Below, in pieces: positions 1-9,289 of a DNA stretch of 64,000 bases (positions are counted from its first letter, which is position 1; each line of letters starts with the position of its first letter). Where the stretch lies: contig JBDRIO010000009.1 of the NCBI GenBank assembly GCA_043815815.1, positions 2,751-66,750 of the forward strand, written 5' to 3'. The translations under genes and the position numbers were made by a program. The notes under the pieces are model-generated. The model did not search any database. It was given only the letters and a program-made list of their open reading frames with translations, and was not told where the DNA came from. This DNA comes from Candidatus Eiseniibacteriota bacterium. Its GTDB lineage: Bacteria; Joyebacterota; Joyebacteria; Joyebacterales; Joyebacteraceae.

Positions 1-1300
1 CGTCGTGACCGTACGTGTCGTTGATCTCCTTGAAGTCGTCGATGTCGCCCATCAGGAACCCGATGGGGGTCCCACTTCGCCTGGCGCGCGCGCTCTCGGT
101 GAGGATGAACTCCTCGTAGTGTCGCCGGTTGAACGCACCCGTCAGGGGATCGCGGATCGCCTGCTCCTTGAGGCGGTCGCGCAGACTGATGCGCTCGAGC
201 GCCTCGGCGGCGTGCCCCGAGAGCAGTTCCAGGAGGCGCGAGCTGTCCTCGTCGTCTATGCGTGAGACGCTCGAGAGGACGAGCAGAACGGCGGTGTCGC
301 CGATGGGCAGCGCGAGCCCCGAACGGAACCGGCAGAACCGGCGCGACTCGGAAACCTGTCCGGACGAGTCGAACGGCACCGCCATCTTCGCGGCCAGCGC
401 CTCACGCTCGACCCCCGCATCCGTGAGCGGCAGCTCCCTCCCGAGCCCGTCCGGAAGCTCGCACGAGGCGGCGCTCAGGTGGAACTCGCCGGCCTTCGCG
501 ACGTCGACGCAGCACTCCACGGACTCGAACATGCCTCGAACGGCGTCCAGGACGGTCGCGTGGACCGTCTCCTGGCTCTCGCAGCCCTCCAGGATCCGGG
601 CCGTCTCGTGAAGCTCCTCGATGCGACGTCGGGACACCGCCAGCGCCTCATGGCGCGCGGCGTCGTCCACGACGATGGCGGCCTGGGCCGCTATCAGTTC
701 GAAGCTGTCGATCTCGCCGCCCCTGAACGCGTCCGGCGTTCCGCTGCCGATGGCCAGCATCCCCAGGACGTCGTCGCCGACCCGCAGGATCGAGCTTCGG
801 AACGACATCACCTGTTGCGACGAGGAGCGATCGCACGCCCGTTCGCCTCGCGGGTTCAGATGACACGTGAGGATAGTACGCCTGCACTCGCCCTCGTCGA
901 GGGCGCGCCCCGTCTCTCCTGCGGCCGCCGCGAGCATGCTCGCGACGAACGAGTCGACGAAGTTCGACTCCGCGCGCTGCGACGCCCTGAGTCCGAGCGG
1001 CGACGGGGACGCCTGCAGGAGCAGAAGTCCGGCGACGTCGTAGTCGACGACCCTTCCCACAAGTTCGAGAAGGCGGTCGGTCATCCTGTCGTAGTCGAGG
1101 ATGTCGGCCGCTATCTCCCCCACCTTGGCCACGATCGTCGACCGGAAGAGCTCGCGGTCCAGGAGGCCGTTGGTCTGCGTGACGATCTGTACGGCCACGT
1201 CCGCCTTCGCGAGCCTCGACTCGAGCGCGGCGATCCGCAGAGCCTGTTCCTCGAGCGTGCGCCTGCACTCGTCCGTGCAGGGCCTGTCGCCGTCGTTCAT
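1..1300 (-). CDS. GAF-GAF-GGDEF diguanylate cyclase (3' end runs off the window)
   Basis: Not in the ORF track; read manually. ATG at 1300 overlaps the upstream stop (ATGA). The frame reads ...AIRDPLTGAFNRRHY...GFLMGDIDDFKEINDTYGHD at the window edge, after two GAF-like segments (LGMLAIGS...AAQAAIVVD). Confidence 0.88.
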   Translation of the reverse strand, partial: MNDGDRPCTDECRRTLEEQALRIAALESRLAKADVAVQIVTQTNGLLDRELFRSTIVAKVGEIAADILDYDRMTDRLLELVGRVVDYDVAGLLLLQASPSPLGLRASQRAESNFVDSFVASMLAAAAGETGRALDEGECRRTILTCHLNPRGERACDRSSSQQVMSFRSSILRVGDDVLGMLAIGSGTPDAFRGGEIDSFELIAAQAAIVVDDAARHEALAVSRRRIEELHETARILEGCESQETVHATVLDAVRGMFESVECCVDVAKAGEFHLSAASCELPDGLGRELPLTDAGVEREALAAKMAVPFDSSGQVSESRRFCRFRSGLALPIGDTAVLLVLSSVSRIDDEDSSRLLELLSGHAAEALERISLRDRLKEQAIRDPLTGAFNRRHYEEFILTESARARRSGTPIGFLMGDIDDFKEINDTYGHD

Positions 1301-1710
1301 GCGGACGCTCCGCGTCGGGGTCCGGGGTCCTTCATGCGGGCCCTCATCACGAACTGAACCAGACCTAGCAGCTCCTGCGGCTCGAACGGCTCCACCAGGT
1401 ACGCGTCCGCACCGGTCTGGACGCCCCAGAACTCGTCCTTTTTCTCCGTGTCGGAGGCGGAAGCCATGATGATCGGGATGTCCTTGTGCTCGTCGTCGTT
1501 CCTCAGAAGCCTGCAGACCTGGTACCCGTTCATGTCGGGGAGCCTGACGTCGAGCAGGATGAGGTCCGGCGCGTCCTCACGGACCCTCAGTATCGCCTCG
1601 ATCGCGTCGACCGCGCCGACCGTCTCGTATCCGGCCGACTCGAGGATCGCGACCTTGATCGCGAGAATCGTGGGGCTGTCTTCGACAACGAGAACTCTCG
1701 CCCTCGCCAT
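1297..1710 (-). CDS. single-domain response regulator (CheY-like)
   Basis: VLVVEDS...PDLILLDVRLPDMNG...GADAYLVEPF; the conserved Lys of KPF appears as Glu. Confidence 0.9.
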   Translation of the reverse strand: MARARVLVVEDSPTILAIKVAILESAGYETVGAVDAIEAILRVREDAPDLILLDVRLPDMNGYQVCRLLRNDDEHKDIPIIMASASDTEKKDEFWGVQTGADAYLVEPFEPQELLGLVQFVMRARMKDPGPRRGASA

Positions 1711-1724
1711 TGCTGTCTCCAGTG

Positions 1725-2783
1725 CTAAGGTCGCACGATCGTCGTGAGCCTCTCGGCGATGCCGCCCAGCGGGACGATGTGGCTGATCCAGCCGGCGTCA
1801 GCGGCGATCTTGTTCATGCCGTATATGAGCGAGCTGGCCTCGTCCTGAGCGAGCGTGAGCCCTCCCGCGTCCTGTATCGCCCTCATGCCGTCCACGCCGT
1901 CGCGGCCCATCCCCGTCATGATGACGCCGATCACCCCTGACCCGTAGGTCTCCGCGAGCGAGCGCAGCATCACGTCGGCCGACGGCTTGTGGAAGCACTC
2001 GTCGAAGCCCGCCTCTTCGAGCCTCATCCTGCGCTCGCGGGTCACGACGAGGTGCTTCCCCGCCGGCGCTATGTAGACGGTGCCGCCCTCGGGGATCATA
2101 CCGTCACGCGCCTCGACGACCTTGAGCGAGCATCCGGCGTTCAGCCAACTCGTGAGTCCCTGACTGAACCCTTCCGGGATGTGCTGCACGATGACCACGG
2201 GGACCGGCAGGTCCGCAGGCAGACGCGACAGGAGCTGCATGAGCGCCGGAGGGCCGCCTGTGGAAACGGCGATGCCGATGATCTTGTACTGACCCGGACG
2301 CGGCAGCCGCGCGGCCGGCGGTGTCTCGCGCGATCTGGAACGCGGGTGCGTGATGACGGAGACGCGCGCGCACACGCGCACGCGGGAGAGCAGGAGCGCC
2401 GCGTCCATGATGCCGCGGTCTCTGGCAGCAGCGTAGTCGAGCGCCCCCCGCTTCAGGGCCGCCATGCCGAAGGCCCTGTCGGCGTCGCCGTTCGACCCCA
2501 CGACCACGATCGGCGTGGGTCGAGTCGCCATGAGCTCCTGGATCGCCGCGAGTCCGCCCAGCGTCTCCATGCCGACGCCCATGACGACCACGGTCGGCCG
2601 TGTTCTCACGGCCTCCGCCACGAGTTCCTCGCCGCTCCCGACGGTCGCGACGACGCTCACGCTCGGGTCGCCGTCGATGGCTTCCCTGAGCGCGCTGCGC
2701 TTCGACTCGCAGTCATCGGCGACGATCGCTCGAATGGCCGCGTCCGATGTCCGGTCACGTTCGATCACTTCACGCGCCTCCAC
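1725..2783 (-). CDS. cheB: chemotaxis methylesterase CheB with atypical receiver domain
   Basis: Catalytic motifs AVSTGGP, VQHIP and MTGMGRDG, plus AQDEASSLIYGM; N-terminal REC domain. Confidence 0.93.
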   Translation of the reverse strand: MEAREVIERDRTSDAAIRAIVADDCESKRSALREAIDGDPSVSVVATVGSGEELVAEAVRTRPTVVVMGVGMETLGGLAAIQELMATRPTPIVVVGSNGDADRAFGMAALKRGALDYAAARDRGIMDAALLLSRVRVCARVSVITHPRSRSRETPPAARLPRPGQYKIIGIAVSTGGPPALMQLLSRLPADLPVPVVIVQHIPEGFSQGLTSWLNAGCSLKVVEARDGMIPEGGTVYIAPAGKHLVVTRERRMRLEEAGFDECFHKPSADVMLRSLAETYGSGVIGVIMTGMGRDGVDGMRAIQDAGGLTLAQDEASSLIYGMNKIAADAGWISHIVPLGGIAERLTTIVRP

Positions 2784-2822
2784 GGCGGGTGGATTCCGGA
2801 CCCCGCCCCCTCCGCCCGGTCG

Positions 2823-5123
2823 TCAACCTATCAGCCGCTGCACCGTCTCGAGCAGCTGGGCCTGGTCGAAGCTCTTCTTCCCCAGATACGCGCTGGCGCC
2901 GGCCTCCATGCCCTGGAGCCTCTCCTCGGCCGTGTCCTTCGAGGACACGACGATGACCGGCACGTCCGCGTACCGGCTCTCAGAACGCATGCGCCGGATC
3001 ATCTCCATACCGTCCATCCGCGGCATGGAGACGTCGGTGATCACGAGGGCGTACTCGCGCTGCGCCAGCATGCCGAGGCCCTCCACTCCGTCCTGAGCGA
3101 CGTCCACCTCGTAGTTGGCCGCTCGGAGGATCGACCGCTCCAGGTCGCGCGTGATGGCCGAGTCCTCGACGAGAAGGACCGCGCCGCGGCGCTGTTGAGT
3201 CTGCTCCGGGGCCGCACCCCCGGTCGCCGGGGAACAGACCGCGGACGCGTCCCGAACGATCGACGGGACGTCCAGGATCGGAACGACGCGTCCACTGCCC
3301 GACAACGTCGCGCCGGCGATGTGCTTCACGCGCACCAGGTGGCTCCCCAGGCTCTTGGCCACGACGTCGAGTCGACCGCCGAGGCCGTCAGCCACGAGCA
3401 CGAGCTTCGCACCGCCGGCCCGCACAACGACCGCTGGCAACCCGCGCTCCTCGGTGTCCTTGCCGGCCCCTCCGAGCTTGAGGGCCTCTCTCAGGCTGAC
3501 AAGCGGGATGATCTCGTCGCGGATGCAGACCGCCTGGCGGCCCTGGATCCGCTTTATCTCGTCGGCCCCCACGCGGAGGGTCTCCTCGATGCTGTCGAGC
3601 GGGAGAGCGAAGTCGCTGCCGCCGACCTTCACGATGAGCACCGACGTGATCGCCAGCGTGAGCGGCAGGCTCAAGGCGAACCTCGTCCACTTGCCGGACA
3701 CGGAGCTCACCTCGATCTGGCCCTTGAGCCTGGTGACGTCCTCCTTGACCACGTCCATCCCGACACCGCGGCCGCTCAGTTGCGACACGGCTCCTTGCGT
3801 CGTGAACCCCGGCTCGAAGAGCAGGTCGTACGTCTGCGCCTCGGTGAGCCTGCCGGCGTCGGTCTCGCTCACGATGCCGGCCTCCACCGCGGCCGCCATG
3901 ACCGCCTCGCTGTCGATCCCGCGGCCGTCGTCCTCGATCTCGATGATGACCTGCGAGCCCCGGCAGTACGCGCGAAGCTCGATCGTGCCCGTCGCGCTCT
4001 TTCCCTGTTTCTCGCGCTCGAGCGGCGACTCCAGCCCGTGTGCGACGGCGTTGCGGAGTATGTGCATGAGCGGATCTCTGATCTGCTCGAGCACGGTCTT
4101 GTCCAGCTCGGTGTCCTCGCCGGTGATCAGGATGCGCGCGGACTTGCCCTGCTCCCGCGCGAGATCGCGGACGGCCCGCGGGAAGCGGTCGAACACGACC
4201 TGGAGCGGGAGCATTCGCGTCTCCATGACGCGGTTCTGCACCTGCGAGACCGTGAAGGAGAGGCCGTCCGCGTCGCGTCGGAGCTCGTCGACCAGACCGC
4301 CGAGCCGCTTCGCGGCGTTGTGCCGGTCCGCTTCGTCCGCTTCCAGCGTCGCGTCGTTCGCGGGGTTTCCGTTCTCGAACGCGGACCGGTCGAGCCTGAG
4401 ACCACTCTCGTTACCGCGCGCGTCTGCGAGAAGCGTCTCCACGCTTCGCAGCCTCTCGTCGAGTCTCGTTCTCGCGATGACCAGCTCTCCCGCGAGGTTC
4501 ATGAGTTCGTCGAGCTTCGACACCTCGACGCGTATCGACTCCCGCTGCAACGCGTCTGCCCCGGCGGAACGCTCGGAGACGTCCCGGGGCGCGACCGCGC
4601 CGCTCGGGGCCTCCCGGTCCGTCCGGCGCGACCTCATGGCCTCCGCCGACGGCCGCGACGGCAACGCTGCCTGCGTCGGAGCCTCCGTGTCCGAAGGAGC
4701 TGCGGCGCGCGGCACGTCCGACGTCGCCGCGCCAGAAGCTACCACGGATGCGCGCGGCCCGTCCGACGCCGCTCCGTCGGAACCCGCGGGAGCGCGACCT
4801 GCATCCAGCCCCTGCGCGATCCTGTCGAGCATGCCGAAGAGACTCTCGAAGCTCACCTCGTCGTCCGGCGAGTCGCAGTCGGTCATCGTGAGCAGCGAGT
4901 CCTCGAAGTCGTGCGAGAGCCGCGCGATGTCGTCCAGGCCCATCATGCTGGCGGCGCCCTTCATCGTGTGCGCCTCCCTCATCATGTTCTCGACGAGCGC
5001 ACGGTCTCCCGGTTTCGTCTCGAGCCTCAAGAGGTCCCGCTCGATGTTCGCGATGTGCTCCGCGGACTCCTCGCTGAAGCGAGCCATGAACGCGGTCTTG
5101 TCGAATGCGCCCTGGGTATTCAC
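2823..5123 (-). CDS. cheA: hybrid chemotaxis kinase CheA (HPt-dimerisation-HATPase-CheW-REC)
   Basis: REAHTMKG, SIRVEVSKLDELMNLAGEL, HILRNAVAHGLE, DDGRG, SGRGVGMDVVK, PLTLAI; C-terminal REC (ITDVSMPRMDG). GTG start directly abuts the MCP stop. Confidence 0.95.
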   Translation of the reverse strand: MNTQGAFDKTAFMARFSEESAEHIANIERDLLRLETKPGDRALVENMMREAHTMKGAASMMGLDDIARLSHDFEDSLLTMTDCDSPDDEVSFESLFGMLDRIAQGLDAGRAPAGSDGAASDGPRASVVASGAATSDVPRAAAPSDTEAPTQAALPSRPSAEAMRSRRTDREAPSGAVAPRDVSERSAGADALQRESIRVEVSKLDELMNLAGELVIARTRLDERLRSVETLLADARGNESGLRLDRSAFENGNPANDATLEADEADRHNAAKRLGGLVDELRRDADGLSFTVSQVQNRVMETRMLPLQVVFDRFPRAVRDLAREQGKSARILITGEDTELDKTVLEQIRDPLMHILRNAVAHGLESPLEREKQGKSATGTIELRAYCRGSQVIIEIEDDGRGIDSEAVMAAAVEAGIVSETDAGRLTEAQTYDLLFEPGFTTQGAVSQLSGRGVGMDVVKEDVTRLKGQIEVSSVSGKWTRFALSLPLTLAITSVLIVKVGGSDFALPLDSIEETLRVGADEIKRIQGRQAVCIRDEIIPLVSLREALKLGGAGKDTEERGLPAVVVRAGGAKLVLVADGLGGRLDVVAKSLGSHLVRVKHIAGATLSGSGRVVPILDVPSIVRDASAVCSPATGGAAPEQTQQRRGAVLLVEDSAITRDLERSILRAANYEVDVAQDGVEGLGMLAQREYALVITDVSMPRMDGMEMIRRMRSESRYADVPVIVVSSKDTAEERLQGMEAGASAYLGKKSFDQAQLLETVQRLIG

Positions 5124-6602
5124 TCAGTTCTCCATGGATGACTGCCGCCCCTGGGTCTCGTTGGCTTCCTTGAGAAAGGCCTGCTTCAAGCCCCCCTCCC
5201 CGTCGCACGCGGCGGCGTTCCGCCCGTCGCCGTGCGCGTCGTTCGACAGATGGAACGCCTTCACGGACTCGGTCAGATTCACGGCGAGACACGACAGCTG
5301 TTCCGAGGACGCGGCCACCTGTGTCGCGGCCGCGGCCGATTCCTTGACCGCCTCGTCGACGGAGGACATGCTCTGCGATATCTCCTCGCTCGCCGACTCC
5401 TGCTGCTGGCTCGACAGCGAGATCTGCTCTGCGGCGGCGACGACCTCGCCGAACGCCTCCTCGATCTCCTTGAGCCTTTCGCCGACCTGCTGCACGAGTG
5501 CTACGCCCTGGTCCGTCTCCTCCGTCGACTGCTCCATGCTCATGACGCAGGACGACGTCTGCTGCTGAATCTCGGCGATGAGGTCGGATATCTCGCGGGT
5601 CGAGCGCGTCGTGCGCTCCGCGAGCTTCCCGATCGCCGCCGCCACGACCGCGAACCCCTTCCCCGCCTCGCCGGCGCGCGCCGCCTCGATCGCCGCATTC
5701 AACGAGAGAAGCGTCGTCTGGTCCGCGATGTCCTCGATGAGCGTCACGATCTCGGTGATGGCCTGCGAACTCTCTCCGAGCCCCTCGATCTTCCGGGCGG
5801 TCGACCCCACCGAGTCCCGAATCTGGTTCATGCCGCCGACGGCCTCCTCGGAAGCGCCGATGCCGCTTCGCACGGCCCCGAGGCTGTTCGACGAGGACTC
5901 CGCGATGCCGCGGCTGTGACCCGCCACCTGTCTCGACGTGGCGGCGAGTTCCTTGCCGGCGGCCGCGACCTGAGAGATCTGGGCGGCCTGCTCGGCCGCC
6001 GCGGTCGCGTCGCGCTGAGAGGCCGCGCGCATCTGGCAGGAGGCCGCGGCGACTTCGCTGGAACCCCGCCGTATGTCGCCCACCAGCGTCTCAAGAGAAC
6101 CCGCCATCGAGTTTATCGCCCCACCGAGCTTGCCGATGATCTCGACGCCGGATTCCTCCGACGCCCTTGCCGAGAGGTCTCCCCCGTTCAGCATGCCGAT
6201 GACACCGAACGACTCGGCCAGGCCTATGGCCACCTCGTGAGCGTCGTCGACGAGCGAACCCACGCCCTCCGCGGCGGCGTTCACGCCCGCCACGAGACCG
6301 GCGACCTCCGGGTCTCTGAACGACGCCTCCACGCGAGCCGTCGGGTCTCCCAGCTCGATCCTCGCAAGGACCCGCCCGCATTCGTGGATGCCGCCGGCCA
6401 GTTCCTTGATGCGCCTCGAGGCGGCCACGGCCCACATCGCCAGGCCTCCCGCCACGCAGGTCAGAACCGAGGCGAACACCACGAGTGTCCCGCCGCCCAA
6501 CGAGCCGCGATTGACGAGCAGCACGACCACGAGGGCAGCCGCTGCAGCCGCCGGGAACCAGGTTCGCCCCTTGAGCGGCGCTCCGATCGATCTCCATCTC
6601 AT
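5124..6602 (-). CDS. methyl-accepting chemotaxis protein
   Basis: Hairpin tip [30 protein letters not shown]; two closely spaced N-terminal TM helices; HAMP-like repeats. Confidence 0.93.
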   Translation of the reverse strand: MRWRSIGAPLKGRTWFPAAAAAALVVVLLVNRGSLGGGTLVVFASVLTCVAGGLAMWAVAASRRIKELAGGIHECGRVLARIELGDPTARVEASFRDPEVAGLVAGVNAAAEGVGSLVDDAHEVAIGLAESFGVIGMLNGGDLSARASEESGVEIIGKLGGAINSMAGSLETLVGDIRRGSSEVAAASCQMRAASQRDATAAAEQAAQISQVAAAGKELAATSRQVAGHSRGIAESSSNSLGAVRSGIGASEEAVGGMNQIRDSVGSTARKIEGLGESSQAITEIVTLIEDIADQTTLLSLNAAIEAARAGEAGKGFAVVAAAIGKLAERTTRSTREISDLIAEIQQQTSSCVMSMEQSTEETDQGVALVQQVGERLKEIEEAFGEVVAAAEQISLSSQQQESASEEISQSMSSVDEAVKESAAAATQVAASSEQLSCLAVNLTESVKAFHLSNDAHGDGRNAAACDGEGGLKQAFLKEANETQGRQSSMEN

Positions 6603-6644
6603 GCGATTCGCCCCGCTTCCTTTGGTGTCTCCGATGTCCTCAGA

Positions 6645-6869
6645 CTAGAACTGGATCTGGATCGCCTGCTTGCCGTCGCCGAGATCCTGGACGGAGAGAC
6701 AGACCTTGTTCATGCGCTGGCACCAGACCCTCAGGTCCTTCTCGAACGTCGGGCAGTCGCCCGTGACCTCGATCACGTCACCCGGGCTCACGTCCGGAGC
6801 CGTGACCGCAAGCTTAAGAACGGGCTGCGGGCACTTCATCCCTGTCGTATCGAGTCTCGTCGTCTGCAT
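6645..6869 (-). CDS. tusA: TusA/SirA-family sulfur carrier protein
   Basis: LDTTGMKCPQPVLK (CPxP motif), GDVIEVTGDCPTFEKDLRVWC; GGAGG SD before the ATG at 6869. Confidence 0.88.
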   Translation of the reverse strand: MQTTRLDTTGMKCPQPVLKLAVTAPDVSPGDVIEVTGDCPTFEKDLRVWCQRMNKVCLSVQDLGDGKQAIQIQF

Positions 6870-6947
6870 GTCCTGCCTCCTGTCAACCCTGTGAGGCCCA
6901 CCGCTCCCGAACGCCACGTTCGGGACGCGTGCGCACTCCACCTTCGC

Positions 6948-8678
6948 TTAGTGCCGGACCGCCGGGTCGGCTTCGCGCGTCCCCTGCGAACTCAGCACGT
7001 CTCCGTCAACACTGCTGCCGGCGGCAAGGACGACGTCGACCGCCGCGTCCTGCCGCAGTTTGAACACCCTCGCCGACTCCTTCAGCTCGACCGCGAGCTG
7101 CGACAACTGGGCTGCAGACGCCGCCACCTGAGAGGCCGCCGCGGCCGACTCCTTCACGGCCTCGTCGATGCTCGACATGCTGGATGAGATCTCCTCGCTC
7201 GCCGACTCCTGGTGCTGGCTCGAGAGGGAGATCTCCTCCGCGGCGGTCGCGACCTCGCTGACGGCCACCTCTATCTGCCTGAGCCGGTTCCCCGCCTCCT
7301 GGACGAGTCCCGCTCCGCGTTCTGTCTCGGCGGTGGACTTCTCCATGCTCATCACGCACGCGGACGTCTGCTGCTGGATCCCGGAGATGAGATCGGAGAT
7401 CTCGCGCGTGGACTTGGTTGTGCGCTCGGCCAGCGTCCCGATCGCCTCGGCGACGACCGCGAACCCCTTGCCTGCCTCACCGGCGCGCGCCGCCTCGATG
7501 GCGGCGTTCAGCGACAGGAGGGTCGTCTTGTCCGCGATGTCCTCGATGAGCGTCACGATCTCAGTGATGGTCTGGGAGCTCTGACCCAGGCCTTCGATCT
7601 GACGCGCCGTGGCCCTGACCGACTCCTGTATCCCGCTCATGCCGGCCACCGCGTCCTCGGCGACCGTGAGCCCCGCCTTGACCGCGCCCATGCTCCCGTT
7701 TGAGGAGTCGGCGATCGACCGGCTGCGCTCCGAGACCTGCCTCGCGGTGGCGGCGAGCTCGCGGCTGGCCGCGGCCACTTCGGAGATCTGAGCCGCCTGC
7801 TCCGCGGCCGCCACGGCGTCCCGCTGCGACGCCGCCAGTATCTCGGTCGACGCCGAGGCGACGTCCGATGCTCCGCTCCGTATCCGCAGCACCAGGCCGT
7901 TCAGCGCGTCGGCCATGGCGTTGAAGGCGTTGGAGAGGTCGCCGCTCAGGTCGACCCTGTACCTCAGGTCGCCCGCCGCGATCGACTTCGCCTGGTCGGC
8001 GAGCAGTAGCATCTGGTCTCCCAGCTGGTTCAGCACGCCTCCCAACTTGCCGACGATCTCCACGTGAGACGTGTCCGACGCCCTGACCGAGAGATCTCCG
8101 GCGATCATCATGCCGATCACGCCGAAGGCCTCCGCCAGACCTATCGCCACCTCGTGCGCGTCGTCGACCAGGCTCGCCACGCCGTCGGCCGCCCCGTTGA
8201 CGCTGTGGACCAGGCCGCAGACGAGCTCGTTCTCGAAGTCCTCTTCGACGCGCGCCGACGGGTCACCCTGCTCGATCCTGTTGAGCACGCCCTGGCACGC
8301 CCGTATGCCCTCGGTCAGCTCCGTGGCCGTGACCTCCGCGGCCTCGCGCGTCTCGCGAACGGTCCGGTCCACCATGGCGAGCGTCTCCTCGAGGTCTCTG
8401 ACCTCGGCGCTCGCGGCGGAGCCGATAGCGCGCTCGAACCTGCCGGTGCGCGCGGTCGCCGCGGCGTCGGTCAGACGCCTGACCGGCCTCACGATCGTCA
8501 GGTCTACGATGAACCACACCGCCCCCGTGGCCACCACGCCCAGGAGCGCTGCCGCTCTCACGAACGCTGCCTCCAGCCCGTGCCCGGGCGTCAGCGCCGC
8601 GAGCAGCACGAGCCCCGCGCACGTGGGAACGCATACGGCTCCCAGACGTCTTCCGGTCGTCCATTCCAGTTTCATCAT
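6948..8678 (-). CDS. methyl-accepting chemotaxis protein
   Basis: [30 protein letters not shown]; two TM helices and poly-HAMP; ATGA overlap with the mvhD stop. Confidence 0.93.
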   Translation of the reverse strand: MMKLEWTTGRRLGAVCVPTCAGLVLLAALTPGHGLEAAFVRAAALLGVVATGAVWFIVDLTIVRPVRRLTDAAATARTGRFERAIGSAASAEVRDLEETLAMVDRTVRETREAAEVTATELTEGIRACQGVLNRIEQGDPSARVEEDFENELVCGLVHSVNGAADGVASLVDDAHEVAIGLAEAFGVIGMMIAGDLSVRASDTSHVEIVGKLGGVLNQLGDQMLLLADQAKSIAAGDLRYRVDLSGDLSNAFNAMADALNGLVLRIRSGASDVASASTEILAASQRDAVAAAEQAAQISEVAAASRELAATARQVSERSRSIADSSNGSMGAVKAGLTVAEDAVAGMSGIQESVRATARQIEGLGQSSQTITEIVTLIEDIADKTTLLSLNAAIEAARAGEAGKGFAVVAEAIGTLAERTTKSTREISDLISGIQQQTSACVMSMEKSTAETERGAGLVQEAGNRLRQIEVAVSEVATAAEEISLSSQHQESASEEISSSMSSIDEAVKESAAAASQVAASAAQLSQLAVELKESARVFKLRQDAAVDVVLAAGSSVDGDVLSSQGTREADPAVRH

Positions 8679-9289
8679 GCGTCACCTCGCCCATGCTGCG
8701 ATCCGTACTCCGTCGTATCTTCCGACCGCGTTCGCGGCGTCGTCCAGTCGTCCACTTCGGCCACGGCCTCTGCCGGGACGCCGTCCTTGAGACACGGCCT
8801 CCCGCGGGGTCCCAGCTCCCGGAGCGTATCGACCATCTCGGTCAGGACGCGCCCGAAGCGCTCGCTCTCGCTCGCCGATACCCAGTCGAGCCTGAGCCTT
8901 CCCTCCTCGATCCCGAACTGCGCGAGCACTCTCTTGAGGAAGACGCTCCTCCGCATCGCGTTGTGGTTCCCGTCCCGGTAGTGGCAGTCGCCGGGGTGGC
9001 AACCCAGGATCAGCACGCCGTCCGCGCCCTCGGCGAAGGCCTCCAGCACGAACTGCGGGTCGATCCTGCCGCTGCACATCACCCTGATCGGCGTGAAGCT
9101 CGCGGGACTGGGGACGCGCGCCCTGCCGGCCGCGTCGGCCCCCTCGTACGAACACCAGTTGCAGAGGAACACGATCACTCGCGGCTCGAACGCGGACTGC
9201 CCGTCCGTCTGCCCCGCCACGTCGCTCTCGAAGGCGGTCAGCCCGTCCGTCGTCCGCTCCACATGTCTGTCGGTTGCGCGCCTGGTCAT
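8675..9289 (-). CDS. mvhD: MvhD/FlpD-type [2Fe-2S] hydrogenase delta subunit
   Basis: [53 protein letters not shown]; ATG at 9289 overlaps the hdrA stop (ATGA). Confidence 0.93.
   Translation of the reverse strand: MTRRATDRHVERTTDGLTAFESDVAGQTDGQSAFEPRVIVFLCNWCSYEGADAAGRARVPSPASFTPIRVMCSGRIDPQFVLEAFAEGADGVLILGCHPGDCHYRDGNHNAMRRSVFLKRVLAQFGIEEGRLRLDWVSASESERFGRVLTEMVDTLRELGPRGRPCLKDGVPAEAVAEVDDWTTPRTRSEDTTEYGSQHGRGDA

Noticed and set aside
1989-5141. Long antisense ORFs (1050 aa here; also 25427-28669, 38012-41110, 46697-50560)
   Set aside because: Shadow ORFs typical of high-GC DNA, lying opposite or out of frame with clearly recognisable genes and carrying no motifs.
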